Source: an uncultured Balneolaceae bacterium
GTDB lineage: Bacteria; Bacteroidota; Rhodothermia; Balneolales; Balneolaceae
Direction of reading: 5' to 3'
Length of the DNA: 64,000 nt
NCBI GenBank assembly: GCA_965659005.1
Contig: CBFHVG010000052.1
Span: forward strand, 33,423-97,422
How positions within the stretch are numbered: position 1 is the stretch's first letter; each line of letters opens with the position of its first letter. This document shows, in pieces, positions 50,556 to 60,543 of this stretch. Below the pieces are notes generated by a model. The model made no database searches. It worked only from the letters and a program-made list of their open reading frames with translations, and had not been told where the DNA came from. The translations under genes were made by a program, and so were the position numbers.

Positions 50556-50945
50556 ATGATGAATTTTAAACCAACCGGATTAAACCATATCACAATTAGA
50601 GTGAATAGAATTGAACTCTCAGAAGAGTTTTATGGTGATATTCTCGGATTTGAACTTGTCCGTAAAATGGGACAAAGTATGGCGGTATACAAAATAGGGG
50701 ATGAAGATACGCTTGTAATAGTAGAAGCTGAGACAAGCTATGATCCTAATTCTCGAGATTTCAGAGTTGATCATTTTGGTTTTTATGTTGATTCACCAGA
50801 AAAGGTGGATGAACTGGCTGAATTCTTTAGAGATAAAGAAGTAACTGTAATTAGTGGGCCTGCAAATAGAAAAAAAGGTCGCTTCTTATTCATTGCCGAT
50901 CCGGATGGCAATATGATTGAATTCTTTTACGAAGCTGATCAATAA
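50556..50945 (+). CDS. VOC (glyoxalase/bleomycin-resistance/dioxygenase) family protein
   Basis: 129 aa. LNHITIRV...DHFGF...DPDGNMIEF pattern. Confidence 0.8.
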   Translation: MMNFKPTGLNHITIRVNRIELSEEFYGDILGFELVRKMGQSMAVYKIGDEDTLVIVEAETSYDPNSRDFRVDHFGFYVDSPEKVDELAEFFRDKEVTVISGPANRKKGRFLFIADPDGNMIEFFYEADQ

Positions 50946-50974
50946 TAAGGCCGGAGTATCAACTCGAGCCTTTT

Positions 50975-51253
50975 TTAATTATTTAATGGTTTTTCCAACT
51001 CGACCAAAGTAGCACCCCAGCTGCTGGAGTCACCGGCTAGTTTATAGGAAATAACATGTTCGTTTTTATCAAGAATGGAATGGACTAATCTTCTCAGGGT
51101 TCCAGTTCCTTTTCCATGTATGATCCTGATGGAATAAATATCTTTTTCAATGCAAGCCTGAATGTACTCAGGCACTAAGTCTTTAACTTCCTTTGGTTTG
51201 AAAATGTGGAGATCCAGTATGCCATCAATTGGATATTCCTGAGTTTCTTCCAT
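50975..51253 (-). CDS. stand-alone Smr domain protein
   Basis: 92 aa. LDLH(I) and IIHGKGTGTLRRLV motifs of the Smr nuclease domain. Its start overlaps the CHAD stop (TAATG). Confidence 0.8.
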   Translation of the reverse strand: MEETQEYPIDGILDLHIFKPKEVKDLVPEYIQACIEKDIYSIRIIHGKGTGTLRRLVHSILDKNEHVISYKLAGDSSSWGATLVELEKPLNN

Positions 51254-52161
51254 TAAATACTTAAGGTTTTCTTATTCCAGTTATTTTCAAAATGTTTGAT
51301 AAAATACTCAGCAGTCTCAGCATAAATATTTTGGCCAATGTGTTGAGCTAATCGCTGTAACTTTTGCCTTTTGGATTGGATATCTGTGATGAAACGATTA
51401 AGCATTTCTTTTTCAATAATCGATTCATTTTCTAAGGAAGTTACGTACTCTCGAAGGTTGGCAAGGTCGTGATCAAGACCAAGAGTTTCACTGAGCTCCT
51501 TAAGTTCCGAAATACTTGAGTTGGCAGTGACGGGCCAGACTACATCAAGGACTTGTCTAATATGATAAAGATGTTTTGCATGTTTGCGCCACTCATGAAA
51601 ATTCTCTGTTGTAGGATTTACATACGCCTGATGCATTGAGCTGTATCCATCTTCATAAATCTTTTCAACTCCATCAAGTAAAATTATCGGACTATTTTTT
51701 AAGTCAGGCCAGTCAGTCATTAGAGTTTCATTTTCCAACTCATCTAAGATTTTGACTGAAACATATTCATCAGACAATGCTTTTTCATGATTCTGGATTT
51801 CCACTAGAATCATTCGGAAAATGGTTTCAGTATTGAAGAGGCTTACTTTTACTGAAGGATCCTGATGCAAATTCTCTAACGTTTCAAGAAGCACATGGGC
51901 ATCCCGCATGTCTGATAATTCTTGAGCGAGCTCCCTGAAGAATGAATTATTCTCGCTGAACCAATCTTCTTGAAAATTAAATCTTAGTAGTCTTAATAGA
52001 CTTCTGATTCTTTTGAAGCTTTTTCTAACATTATGAACAATGAGAACTTTTGATTCATTAGAATGAAGCAATTCTTTAATAAACCCAAGCTCTTCATCAA
52101 ATAATCGATGTAACCCACCAGGGATGTGTTCATTTAATTTTAAGTGAAAGTGGATTGCCAT
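51253..52161 (-). CDS. CHAD domain protein
   Basis: 302 aa. VHNVRKSFKRIRSLLRL, MRDAHVLLE, FHEWRKHAKHLYHIRQVL, typical CHAD helices. Confidence 0.8.
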   Translation of the reverse strand: MAIHFHLKLNEHIPGGLHRLFDEELGFIKELLHSNESKVLIVHNVRKSFKRIRSLLRLLRFNFQEDWFSENNSFFRELAQELSDMRDAHVLLETLENLHQDPSVKVSLFNTETIFRMILVEIQNHEKALSDEYVSVKILDELENETLMTDWPDLKNSPIILLDGVEKIYEDGYSSMHQAYVNPTTENFHEWRKHAKHLYHIRQVLDVVWPVTANSSISELKELSETLGLDHDLANLREYVTSLENESIIEKEMLNRFITDIQSKRQKLQRLAQHIGQNIYAETAEYFIKHFENNWNKKTLSI

Positions 52162-52358
52162 AAATGCACTAATAACCGAAATAATTTTTCTTTGCGAATG
52201 AATATAAAGTACCAGATGACCCTAAGCTACATCGCATTTTAAATACGAAGTTAATTTAACTGAGTAGGGTGATAGAGTATTCATAGTGAAATATGTTGCG
52301 TAACAATTCCGATTTTGAATCGAAGAACGATCATAATTATTAATTGACCCACCTCATT

Positions 52359-52478
52359 ATGATGACCATAGCCTTACTGAATATACTTGAGTTAATTTTT
52401 GCATTTTTTGGAGTTGATATGATCTTTATTGTTTTCACCAGTTTGGCAAAAATATTAGCCTATTATCTGCTTCCCTGA
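52359..52478 (+). CDS. candidate 39-aa hydrophobic small protein in the folE leader (speculative)
   Basis: ATG ATG ... TGA. MMTIALLNILELIFAFFGVDMIFIVFTSLAKILAYYLLP. No homology recognised. Confidence 0.15.
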   Translation: MMTIALLNILELIFAFFGVDMIFIVFTSLAKILAYYLLP

Positions 52479-52574
52479 TACACTATGATTATTTGGATGT
52501 AAACCGTAATTTTGAAGCTCTTTAGAAACTCATTTTAAAGACCAAGCTTAAAAGCGAATTCCATACATAAGATT

Positions 52575-53255
52575 TTGAAAAAATTAGATATAGATCACGC
52601 TTCATTGGATGAAGCAGGTGATGACCACATCAGCAGTAATATTGAAACCCCTCTCAGAGCAGATGCTTTCGACAAAACAGATGACGAGAAAATAGAAATC
52701 ATCCAGTCTCATTTTGCTGAGATTATGAAAACTCTCGGTCTTGATATAGAAGATGATAGTCTATCAGGAACACCATACAGGGTCGCTAAGATGTATGTGA
52801 AAGAGATTTTTAGCGGATTAAATCCAGCTTTTAAGCCAGGCGCAAAAAAATTCGGTAATAGTTATGCCTATAGTGACATGCTTATCGAAAAAAATATTCA
52901 GGTAAACTCATTTTGTGAACACCATTTTCTTCCATTCATTGGTAAAGCACACGTTGCCTATATTTCATCAGGAAAGGTGATTGGTCTGTCAAAAATAAAC
53001 AGAATTGTAGACTACTATTGTCGCCGTCCCCAGGTACAAGAGAGATTGACTCTGCAAATTGCTGATGAGCTGCAAAATGCATTAGACTCAGAAGATGTGG
53101 CTGTTTATATCGATAGCAAGCATCTTTGTGTATCGACCAGAGGGATAAAAGATATCAGTAGCAGTACAATTACGACTGATTTCAGAGGTAAATTCAAAGA
53201 AGATAAATTTCAGCAGCGCTTCATCGATTTAATCACAACTCAAACAGAATTTTAA
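52575..53255 (+). CDS. folE: GTP cyclohydrolase I
   Basis: 226 aa. TTG start. GTPYRVAKMY, FCEHHFLPFIGKAHVAY, RRPQVQERLT motifs. Confidence 0.93.
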   Translation: MKKLDIDHASLDEAGDDHISSNIETPLRADAFDKTDDEKIEIIQSHFAEIMKTLGLDIEDDSLSGTPYRVAKMYVKEIFSGLNPAFKPGAKKFGNSYAYSDMLIEKNIQVNSFCEHHFLPFIGKAHVAYISSGKVIGLSKINRIVDYYCRRPQVQERLTLQIADELQNALDSEDVAVYIDSKHLCVSTRGIKDISSSTITTDFRGKFKEDKFQQRFIDLITTQTEF

Positions 53256-53257
53256 AC

Positions 53258-54715
53258 GTGTCTGAACAGTCAGGGTTATTTGTACATAATTCACTAAGTA
53301 GAAAAAAGGAAGCTTTTAAGCCCTTGAATAGTCCATTTGTGGGTATGTATGTGTGTGGTCCAACTGTCTATGGTGATCCGCATCTGGGACATGCAAAGAG
53401 TTATGTTTCATTTGATCTGGTACTCAGATATTTGAGATATCTTGGATTTCAAGTCAGATACGTACAGAATATTACTGATGTTGGTCACTTAACTGATGAT
53501 GCAGACGATGGCGAAGATAAACTCTCGAAGCAGGCCAAAAAAGAGAAGCTAGAGCCCATGGAAATCGCTGAGAAGTATACTTATAAGTACTTCCGCGATA
53601 TGGATGCTTTAAATGTTCTAAGACCTGATATTTCTCCTCGGGCAACAGGACATATTCCTGAACAAATCTCAATGATTGAAGCACTTATCAAAAATGGTAA
53701 TGCCTATGAAGTAAATGGCAATGTTTACTTCGATGTTAGTTCAGATCCCGAATACGGTAAATTAAGCGGGCGCTCATTGGAAGATGCTGAATCAGGCACA
53801 AGAGTTGATGTCGCTTCTGATAAACGCAACCCTGCTGATTTTGCACTTTGGAAAAAGGCAGATGATTCTCATTTAATGAAGTGGTCATCACCCTGGGGTA
53901 CTGGTTATCCTGGATGGCATGTTGAATGTTCAGCGATGTCCAATAAATATCTGGGTGAATCATTTGATATACATGGTGGTGGGTTAGATAACAAATTTCC
54001 GCATCATGAATGTGAAATTGCGCAGTCAGAACAAGCAAATGGGAAACCGTTTGCAAAATATTGGTTACATAATAACATGGTTACGCTGAATGGCCAGAAA
54101 ATGGGTAAATCATTGGGTAATGCGATTTCATTGGATCAATTTTTTTCCGGTGATCATCCTTTACTTTCAAGATCATGGTCAGCAGATGTAATTAGATTTT
54201 TCTTGTTGCAAAGCCATTATAGGTCAACAACTGATTTCTCGGAAAAAGCACTTGCTGCTTCTGAGGCAGGATTGAAGAATTTTCAAACCATAGTCCTGGA
54301 TATTGACAAAGCAGATGCAGGTGATGGGCAAGAAATCGATATCGAAGCTTTTAAAGCTTCCGTAGAAGCTAATCTGAATGATGATTTTAATTCAGCAATG
54401 GCCATCGCAACTCTATTTGATGCACTGAAAGCGATAAGAAAACAGATTTCAGAGAATAATTCGCCAAGCAATCTGGATGAATTTAAAAATGTTCTCAAGT
54501 TATTTGCTGATAATGTTCTTGGAATCTGGCCAGGTGAAAATGGATCTGATAATGCTTCATTGACAGATGGGCTAGTAAATTTGCTTATCGAATTAAGGAA
54601 TGATTCCAGAGCAAAAAAGGATTTTGAAACTTCAGATAAAATCAGAGACCAACTGAAAGAAATTGGAGTACAGCTTAAAGATGGTAAGGATGGAACCAGC
54701 TTTACCATAGACTAG
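53258..54715 (+). CDS. cysS: cysteine--tRNA ligase
   Basis: 485 aa. GTG start 2 nt after the folE stop. HLGHA (HIGH) and KMGKS (KMSKS) motifs. Confidence 0.96.
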   Translation: MSEQSGLFVHNSLSRKKEAFKPLNSPFVGMYVCGPTVYGDPHLGHAKSYVSFDLVLRYLRYLGFQVRYVQNITDVGHLTDDADDGEDKLSKQAKKEKLEPMEIAEKYTYKYFRDMDALNVLRPDISPRATGHIPEQISMIEALIKNGNAYEVNGNVYFDVSSDPEYGKLSGRSLEDAESGTRVDVASDKRNPADFALWKKADDSHLMKWSSPWGTGYPGWHVECSAMSNKYLGESFDIHGGGLDNKFPHHECEIAQSEQANGKPFAKYWLHNNMVTLNGQKMGKSLGNAISLDQFFSGDHPLLSRSWSADVIRFFLLQSHYRSTTDFSEKALAASEAGLKNFQTIVLDIDKADAGDGQEIDIEAFKASVEANLNDDFNSAMAIATLFDALKAIRKQISENNSPSNLDEFKNVLKLFADNVLGIWPGENGSDNASLTDGLVNLLIELRNDSRAKKDFETSDKIRDQLKEIGVQLKDGKDGTSFTID

Positions 54716-54972
54716 TGAATGTAATTACTAAAGGCATAGGCTTAATTTTTATTGGACTGGTAAAAGTGTATCAGTATACACTTTCTCCATGGATCGGGCG
54801 ATCATGTAGATACCAACCAACTTGCTCCAATTATATGGTCGATGCTATAAATGAATGGGGACCTTTTAAAGGTGCCTGGTTAGGTTTAAAAAGAATTGGA
54901 AGATGCCACCCCTGGGGTGGTGAGGGCTTTGATCCTGTTCCAAAAAAAGAATCAGATAAACAACATGAGTGA
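54715..54972 (+). CDS. yidD: membrane protein insertion efficiency factor YidD
   Basis: 85 aa. [22 protein letters not shown]...[14 protein letters not shown] signature. GTG overlaps the cysS stop (TAGTG). Confidence 0.9.
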   Translation: MNVITKGIGLIFIGLVKVYQYTLSPWIGRSCRYQPTCSNYMVDAINEWGPFKGAWLGLKRIGRCHPWGGEGFDPVPKKESDKQHE

Positions 54973-55447
54973 TATTACTTTTAAAGAAAGACTTACAATA
55001 GAGCAGGTTGAAGAAGGCAATGACCTGGCTCCTAAATTTGATGTAAATGGCATGATTCCGGTTGTGACCACTGATTATACTTCCGGAGAACTGTTAATGC
55101 ATGGTTACATGAATGAAGAAGCACTAAAGAAGACTATAGAACTGGGTGAAGCCGTTTACTACAGCAGAAGCAGAAAAACTCTATGGCATAAAGGTGCAAC
55201 ATCTGGACTCACTCAGATAATTAAAGAGATGAGAATAGATGATGATCAGGACTGTGTTTGGTTAAGAGTTGAGGTTCAGGGTAATGGTGCTAGCTGTCAT
55301 GTAGGATATAGAAGTTGCTTCTACAGATCTGTACCAGTTGCATCTGAATTCGAAGAAAATAATGGTGAACTTAATTATGAGGAATCCGAAAAAGTATTCG
55401 ATCCAAAAGAAGTTTATGGTGACGCACCAAACCCAACAATTTTATAA
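54965..55447 (+). CDS. hisI: phosphoribosyl-AMP cyclohydrolase (stand-alone HisI-type)
   Basis: 160 aa from [39 protein letters not shown] matches the PRA-CH metal/active-site region. 8-nt overlap with yidD. Confidence 0.8.
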   Translation: MSDITFKERLTIEQVEEGNDLAPKFDVNGMIPVVTTDYTSGELLMHGYMNEEALKKTIELGEAVYYSRSRKTLWHKGATSGLTQIIKEMRIDDDQDCVWLRVEVQGNGASCHVGYRSCFYRSVPVASEFEENNGELNYEESEKVFDPKEVYGDAPNPTIL

Positions 55448-55464
55448 TCAATCAATAGAGAACT

Positions 55465-56172
55465 ATGAACACGAACTATGATTCACAAAGTTTAGGAGCT
55501 GAACAGGTTCAATCCATTCAGCAGGCATTTATAACCAAAGTGTTTATGTGGATGGGCTCTGCCTTGGGTCTAACTGCACTAATGGCATTTCTCACGATCA
55601 ATTCACAATCAATGATGAATCTGGTCTTCAGTAGTCCATTTGTATTTTATGGTTTACTTATAGCAGAGGTTGGTGTGGTAATCTATCTTTCATCTGCAAT
55701 AAATAGAATGACAGCACAATCAGCACTGGGTTGGTTCTTTTTCTATTCGGCACTGAATGGATTAACTCTTTCCGCACTTTTTGTCATTTATACTTCAGCC
55801 TCAATCACCTCAACATTCCTTGTGACCTCACTTACGTTCGCTGGCATGGGAATGTACGGCTATACAACTAAGAGAGATCTCACATCCATTGGTAGTTTAG
55901 CCTTCATGGGATTAATAGGAATAATCATTGCTTCCATCATCAATATCTTTTTCTTCAGCGAGACTCTATACTGGATCATCAGTATTGTTGGTGTATTCGT
56001 TTTTGTCGGGCTTACCGCTTGGGATACTCAAAAGTTGAAAAATATGAGCCTGCAACTGGATGACAATGAAGAAGTTCAGCAAAAAGCAGCAATAATGGGT
56101 GCATTGATGCTATATCTGGATTTTATAAATCTGTTTATAATGCTTCTCAGAATAATGGGAAGAAGAAACTAA
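55465..56172 (+). CDS. Bax inhibitor-1 / YccA family membrane protein
   Basis: 235 aa. Seven TMs; FITKVFMWM and C-terminal LYLDFINLF motifs. Confidence 0.88.
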   Translation: MNTNYDSQSLGAEQVQSIQQAFITKVFMWMGSALGLTALMAFLTINSQSMMNLVFSSPFVFYGLLIAEVGVVIYLSSAINRMTAQSALGWFFFYSALNGLTLSALFVIYTSASITSTFLVTSLTFAGMGMYGYTTKRDLTSIGSLAFMGLIGIIIASIINIFFFSETLYWIISIVGVFVFVGLTAWDTQKLKNMSLQLDDNEEVQQKAAIMGALMLYLDFINLFIMLLRIMGRRN

Positions 56173-56957
56173 GGTAGAGATACCAAACTATAGCAGCAGG
56201 TAGTTAAGAAGTTTCGAACATAAGCCAGCTCCGAAATTAGCTGGCTTTGTTTTGTCGGTTTCAGGTTAAATTTAACCTCATAATTGGGGTTAACAAGCCA
56301 AAGTGTTTCCTTATCAACACGGTAACCTTCACTGCTAATGATTTCTCTGAATTGCTCAATGGTAATTCTTGTGTCCCTGATCTCCATTAATGCCAACACT
56401 TTATGATCAGTTTCGCCAAAGGCTTTTAAAATCGCTTTATAAATTCCCTTAGGAAATAAATGGAAGTATGGAAGCCTCGCTAAAATCTTATTACTGCAGG
56501 TTTGTTGATGACCACCAAATGGCATTTGCCAAGGAGGGAAACCAAAAAAGATTTTCCCATCTTCATTCAAAAATTGCTTAACAAAACTCATGAATTTCCT
56601 CTGATCAGGGATGTGCTCAATGACATCTCTCATAATAATCAGATCAATAGGAGGGAGATCATCTTTTGATAGCTTGTAGATATCTTCACTTATAAAAGTT
56701 GCTTTGAATGAGTCTTCCATATCAGAGAATAACTCCATGGCCTTGCTAATTTTCGACTCACTGATATCCACACCAAAAACCCGGCATCCTAAGTCCATAA
56801 ATGGGACTAGGTTTCCACCTTCACCACAGCCAATTTCTAGAACAACGGTATTTTCGTCTATATTCTTGAATTCCTGAATGAAAGGGATGACATGAACTTT
56901 AGTGGTATATATCTGTTCACTAAAGTACTGATTACGATTTATGTGCCGTTTCTGCAT
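56169..56957 (-). CDS. class I SAM-dependent methyltransferase
   Basis: 262 aa. Motif I VLEIGCGEGGN and a post-I acidic residue (FGVD). Confidence 0.8.
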   Translation of the reverse strand: MQKRHINRNQYFSEQIYTTKVHVIPFIQEFKNIDENTVVLEIGCGEGGNLVPFMDLGCRVFGVDISESKISKAMELFSDMEDSFKATFISEDIYKLSKDDLPPIDLIIMRDVIEHIPDQRKFMSFVKQFLNEDGKIFFGFPPWQMPFGGHQQTCSNKILARLPYFHLFPKGIYKAILKAFGETDHKVLALMEIRDTRITIEQFREIISSEGYRVDKETLWLVNPNYEVKFNLKPTKQSQLISELAYVRNFLTTCCYSLVSLP

Positions 56958-57071
56958 GATATTATTGAAGATGATACTTCCTTATGAATCGAAAGTAAGT
57001 AAAATGATGCTTCCGGGCACTTTTTCTGTGTAAAAAGGTTTAGTAGTTAGACATTTAGATTTAATACAATT

Positions 57072-57341
57072 ATGACCCTAAAAAAAGAATTAACAGAAGC
57101 CGATATTAGCCGGATTATAGAAATGGCCTGGGAAGACAGAACACCATTTGAGGCTATTGAACAACAATTCGATTTGAGCGAACCTGAAGTGATAAAGGTA
57201 ATGAGATCTAATATGAAGAGATCGAGCTTCAAGATGTGGAGAGAAAGGGTTACATCAAGAAAAACAAAACATAAACAACTAAGATCAGATGATGTAGAGC
57301 GTTTTGTAAGCCCAATGCAAGCTAAACCCAGAAAACGTTAA
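57072..57341 (+). CDS. TIGR03643 (DUF2805) family protein
   Basis: 89 aa. IIEMAWEDRTPFEAIEQQF...MWRERV pattern. Confidence 0.75.
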   Translation: MTLKKELTEADISRIIEMAWEDRTPFEAIEQQFDLSEPEVIKVMRSNMKRSSFKMWRERVTSRKTKHKQLRSDDVERFVSPMQAKPRKR

Positions 57342-57799
57342 ACTGCTTTTCTAAAATCATTATTTATTTCAGAAAGTGAATGTATGGTATCTAATTTTGG
57401 CATTCTTTTCGTTCTGATAATATGCTCATCCACACTTCTGATGAACTTGATTCTGCTTCTTGGACCAATAAGAAACATATTCATGAAATGATCATTGGGG
57501 TAAATTAGCTGTTCTCTTATTGCTTCTCTATAGAGCGTGAAGGTATAGTTAAATTGATAGGCTTTAATTCTCCATTTCACAGACATTCTTCCCCAGTAAA
57601 TCTGACTGATGAGAATAGATGTTATAATTCCAATTATCATGGAATTGATAGATTCAGATAAAAGACCACCAACGACAGAAAGCACAGAGAAAATGATAAA
57701 TAATAATGTAGGCGCATAAACAAGATGGAATCTACCGTGATTGAGTAGTTCCTTTAATTCATTTCTGTCAGACGAAACAGCCCTTTGATAATAGCTCAT
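57338..57799 (-). CDS. hypothetical 2-TM membrane protein
   Basis: 153 aa; no family recognised. Confidence 0.45.
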   Translation of the reverse strand: MSYYQRAVSSDRNELKELLNHGRFHLVYAPTLLFIIFSVLSVVGGLLSESINSMIIGIITSILISQIYWGRMSVKWRIKAYQFNYTFTLYREAIREQLIYPNDHFMNMFLIGPRSRIKFIRSVDEHIIRTKRMPKLDTIHSLSEINNDFRKAV

Positions 57800-57870
57800 A
57801 GAGAATCGGAGTTTTGCGATTTTCTCAATAGAGAGCTATTTCATTAGAATGTTACAACATAATCGAAAAT

Positions 57871-59238
57871 CTATTGAACAGCGTATCCGTTTTTAATTAC
57901 GGCCTGAATTGTGGTTAGATTCCTGATGTCTTCAAAAGGATTCTTCTCAAGGATGATTAAATCAGCAGTTTTATCTGTCTCTATAGATCCAAATGAAGCA
58001 CTATCTTCAAGAAAGGCAGGACCATTTTGAGTCACGATCTTTAAAACCTCTTCGGTTGGTATTCCAGAATCTACTAATTTCATGAGCTCTCCATGTAAAG
58101 AAGGGCCTGGATACACAAAAGAGTTATAAGCCCCGGCATCAGATCCAGCTAAAATGTTAACACCGGCCTCATACATGATTGGAATCATTTCTTCGAATTT
58201 ATCCAGTAGATCTTTTCTGAACTGTTTCGCTTCGGGAGAGGAATTTCTGGCTGATCGAACCCTGCCTTCGTAGGTAGAAATGAATGGAGCACTAAGTAAT
58301 TCCAAATATTCATCATTAGAGTGATCTACATCAGCGACATTAGCTAAGGTCTCTCCAATAAATAGGGTAGGAGTAACATAAACTTCATTCTCAGCAAGCA
58401 TGCTAAAAACTTCCATTGCTTTATTGGGATCATAGCTTTCCAAAGCAACAGCAATACCAGACCAGAATCCATATTCACCATTTTTAACAGCTGCAGTAAT
58501 TTCATCTTCTTTTGATGAACATGCTTTTATCACATAATACATGTGCTCAATTCCATCTAAACCTGCATCAACAGCATCTTTAAGGTAAATGCTTAGTGGC
58601 ATATGTCCAGTCACATTCATCCCTCTTTCTTCAGTCTGCTTTACAATTTCCATGTAAATATCCAGATCAAGTGTACTGTCATAAATCTTTACAAAATCAG
58701 CTCCCAGTCTTTGAAGAGAATCAAGTGCAGCTGTGACTTCTGCTGCTGTAGTGACAGGCAGGCTGCCTTCCCATCTGGCTCTGTTACCGTCTAGTTTTGG
58801 TCCGGATGTATAAATTGTAGGGCCATCCAAATCTCTTTTCTTTATTTGGTTATTCCATTCTAAAATGGAATTAGTGAGATCACCACCGGCATCACGAACT
58901 GAAGTTATACCGTATTTAATGAATTGAGACAAAAAAGCTTCATTATCACTTATCAATTCTTCACCACCTCTGAAATGAACATGCATATCCCATAACCCGG
59001 GCATTGCATATTTGTCAGTACCATCAATTAAGGAATCATAGCTGATTTCTTTCGTTTTTACATCGAAGACGTCAATTATTTTCCCATCTCTTATTGCAAT
59101 GCTCTGATTTTCAATTAATTGAGTGTTTTGAACATCAACTATATGAACACCCTCAATTAGTATGTCTGCATGTTGCGACTGATTACAGCCAATGAACATC
59201 AAGGAAATAAGTGAAAGCAGGAATAAATTATACTTCAT
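57871..59238 (-). CDS. secreted amidohydrolase family protein
   Basis: 455 aa. Lipobox FIGC, metal motif DMHVHF, C-terminal ADLIIL. Confidence 0.8.
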   Translation of the reverse strand: MKYNLFLLSLISLMFIGCNQSQHADILIEGVHIVDVQNTQLIENQSIAIRDGKIIDVFDVKTKEISYDSLIDGTDKYAMPGLWDMHVHFRGGEELISDNEAFLSQFIKYGITSVRDAGGDLTNSILEWNNQIKKRDLDGPTIYTSGPKLDGNRARWEGSLPVTTAAEVTAALDSLQRLGADFVKIYDSTLDLDIYMEIVKQTEERGMNVTGHMPLSIYLKDAVDAGLDGIEHMYYVIKACSSKEDEITAAVKNGEYGFWSGIAVALESYDPNKAMEVFSMLAENEVYVTPTLFIGETLANVADVDHSNDEYLELLSAPFISTYEGRVRSARNSSPEAKQFRKDLLDKFEEMIPIMYEAGVNILAGSDAGAYNSFVYPGPSLHGELMKLVDSGIPTEEVLKIVTQNGPAFLEDSASFGSIETDKTADLIILEKNPFEDIRNLTTIQAVIKNGYAVQ

Positions 59239-60056
59239 AGTGAAAATGTGATAAAAATTGGTGTATGGTCAGAAGGAAAAAAATCATCTCTTCTTAAGTA
59301 AATATTTTCATACCTCGAAACGGTCAAAGCTGATGTAAAAATGTAATCAATTCGGATATCTAGTGGGTGGTCAGGATTGAATCCATGAAATGTTCCAGTT
59401 GGCCCACTTACGCTATCTGAAAAGAATGAGTCATCATATTCGTTATTCAGAAATTGAATAGGAGGACTATCAGGTGTAGCATTCAAATCACCCATAATGA
59501 TGACCGGAACCTCTTCTGGGTTCAAAGCCTTGGCTTCTTTATTTATGAGTTTCAGAGCATTCAGTCTTGAGTCTTCTCCAATGTGATCCAGATGGGCATT
59601 AAATACATAAAACTTCTCACCGGTATCAATACTTTCAAACTGCCCATAAGTACATATTCTTTCCAGTGCTGCGTCCCAACCAACAGATGGTTCTTCAGGA
59701 GTTTCAGATAGCCAGAAAGTGTCGTAGTTCAATAATCTAAACTTATCTTTGTTATAGAATAGGGGTGTGTATTCACCAGCTTGTTTTCCATCATCTCTAC
59801 CAACTCCTATAAAGTCATAATTTGCAAGCATGGTATCCACATAGACTACCTGATGGTGCAACGCCTCCTGTAAACCAACAAAATTCGGATTGAAATCTTG
59901 AATGATATCCACAACCCAATCTTTCCGGTTATCCCATTTATTTATACCATCACGCTCTGTATCATATCGGATATTGAATGTCATGGCCGAATATTCATCC
60001 GGTTGTTCAGTGGTACAGCATAAAGTGATTAATAAAAGTGGTAGCAGATATTTCAT
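59235..60056 (-). CDS. secreted endonuclease/exonuclease/phosphatase (EEP) family protein
   Basis: 273 aa. FNIRYD...GLQE...GDLN...SDH motifs. Confidence 0.8.
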   Translation of the reverse strand: MKYLLPLLLITLCCTTEQPDEYSAMTFNIRYDTERDGINKWDNRKDWVVDIIQDFNPNFVGLQEALHHQVVYVDTMLANYDFIGVGRDDGKQAGEYTPLFYNKDKFRLLNYDTFWLSETPEEPSVGWDAALERICTYGQFESIDTGEKFYVFNAHLDHIGEDSRLNALKLINKEAKALNPEEVPVIIMGDLNATPDSPPIQFLNNEYDDSFFSDSVSGPTGTFHGFNPDHPLDIRIDYIFTSALTVSRYENIYLRRDDFFPSDHTPIFITFSL

Positions 60057-60132
60057 GTCTGTAATATTTATTCGGCATTAAAATAGAAAACCTTAAGAAA
60101 GCATTGTAATCGAATAATCATATCCTTAGCTT

Positions 60133-60154
60133 AGTGTGTATAATAATACACACT
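60133..60154. promoter_or_regulatory. perfect 9-4-9 palindrome immediately upstream of the MerC-domain gene ATG
   Basis: AGTGTGTAT-aata-ATACACACT, ending 2 nt before the ATG at 60157. Confidence 0.5.
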
Positions 60155-60156
60155 CC

Positions 60157-60543
60157 ATGATTCAATATTTTTTAGGGTTTTGGGATAGGCTTGGGATAGG
60201 TGTCTCAGGTTTATGTGCAATCCATTGTTTACTCACACCTGTTTTTGTTTCACTGATTCCGATATGGCCAACCATGGAAATCTTCCATGATTACTCTCAT
60301 TTTGCCTTTTTCTTAGTTATCGCACCAGTAGTCTATCTCTCACTAAAAAAGAAACATGAGAACAAGTATGTGATCTATTTTATGATCTCTGGGCTCGCCA
60401 TCATAGTTCTGGCATGGGTATACAGAGATAGTCTTGGAGAATACGGTGAATCGCTTGTGACACTAGTCGGATCTATCCTACTAATAAGAGGGCATTGGCT
60501 AAATTATAAATCAAAAAAAGTGACAACCTATGAAGCGACTTAA
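60157..60543 (+). CDS. MerC domain membrane protein
   Basis: MIQYFLGFWDRLGIGVSGLCAIHCLLTPVFVSLIP..., four TMs, typical MerC-domain family pattern. The ORF track begins at GTG 60136, inside the palindrome. Confidence 0.75.
   Translation: MIQYFLGFWDRLGIGVSGLCAIHCLLTPVFVSLIPIWPTMEIFHDYSHFAFFLVIAPVVYLSLKKKHENKYVIYFMISGLAIIVLAWVYRDSLGEYGESLVTLVGSILLIRGHWLNYKSKKVTTYEAT

Noticed and set aside
52162-52574. Possible THF/folate-type or other riboswitch upstream of folE
   Set aside because: I could not identify any conserved riboswitch core or a convincing multi-stem architecture by eye. Only the length of the leader and the small ORF are reported.
54896-54964. Upstream extension of the hisI ORF (MEDATPGVV...)
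   Set aside because: The extension overlaps the conserved C-terminus of yidD in another frame. The family-consistent start is the ATG at 54965.
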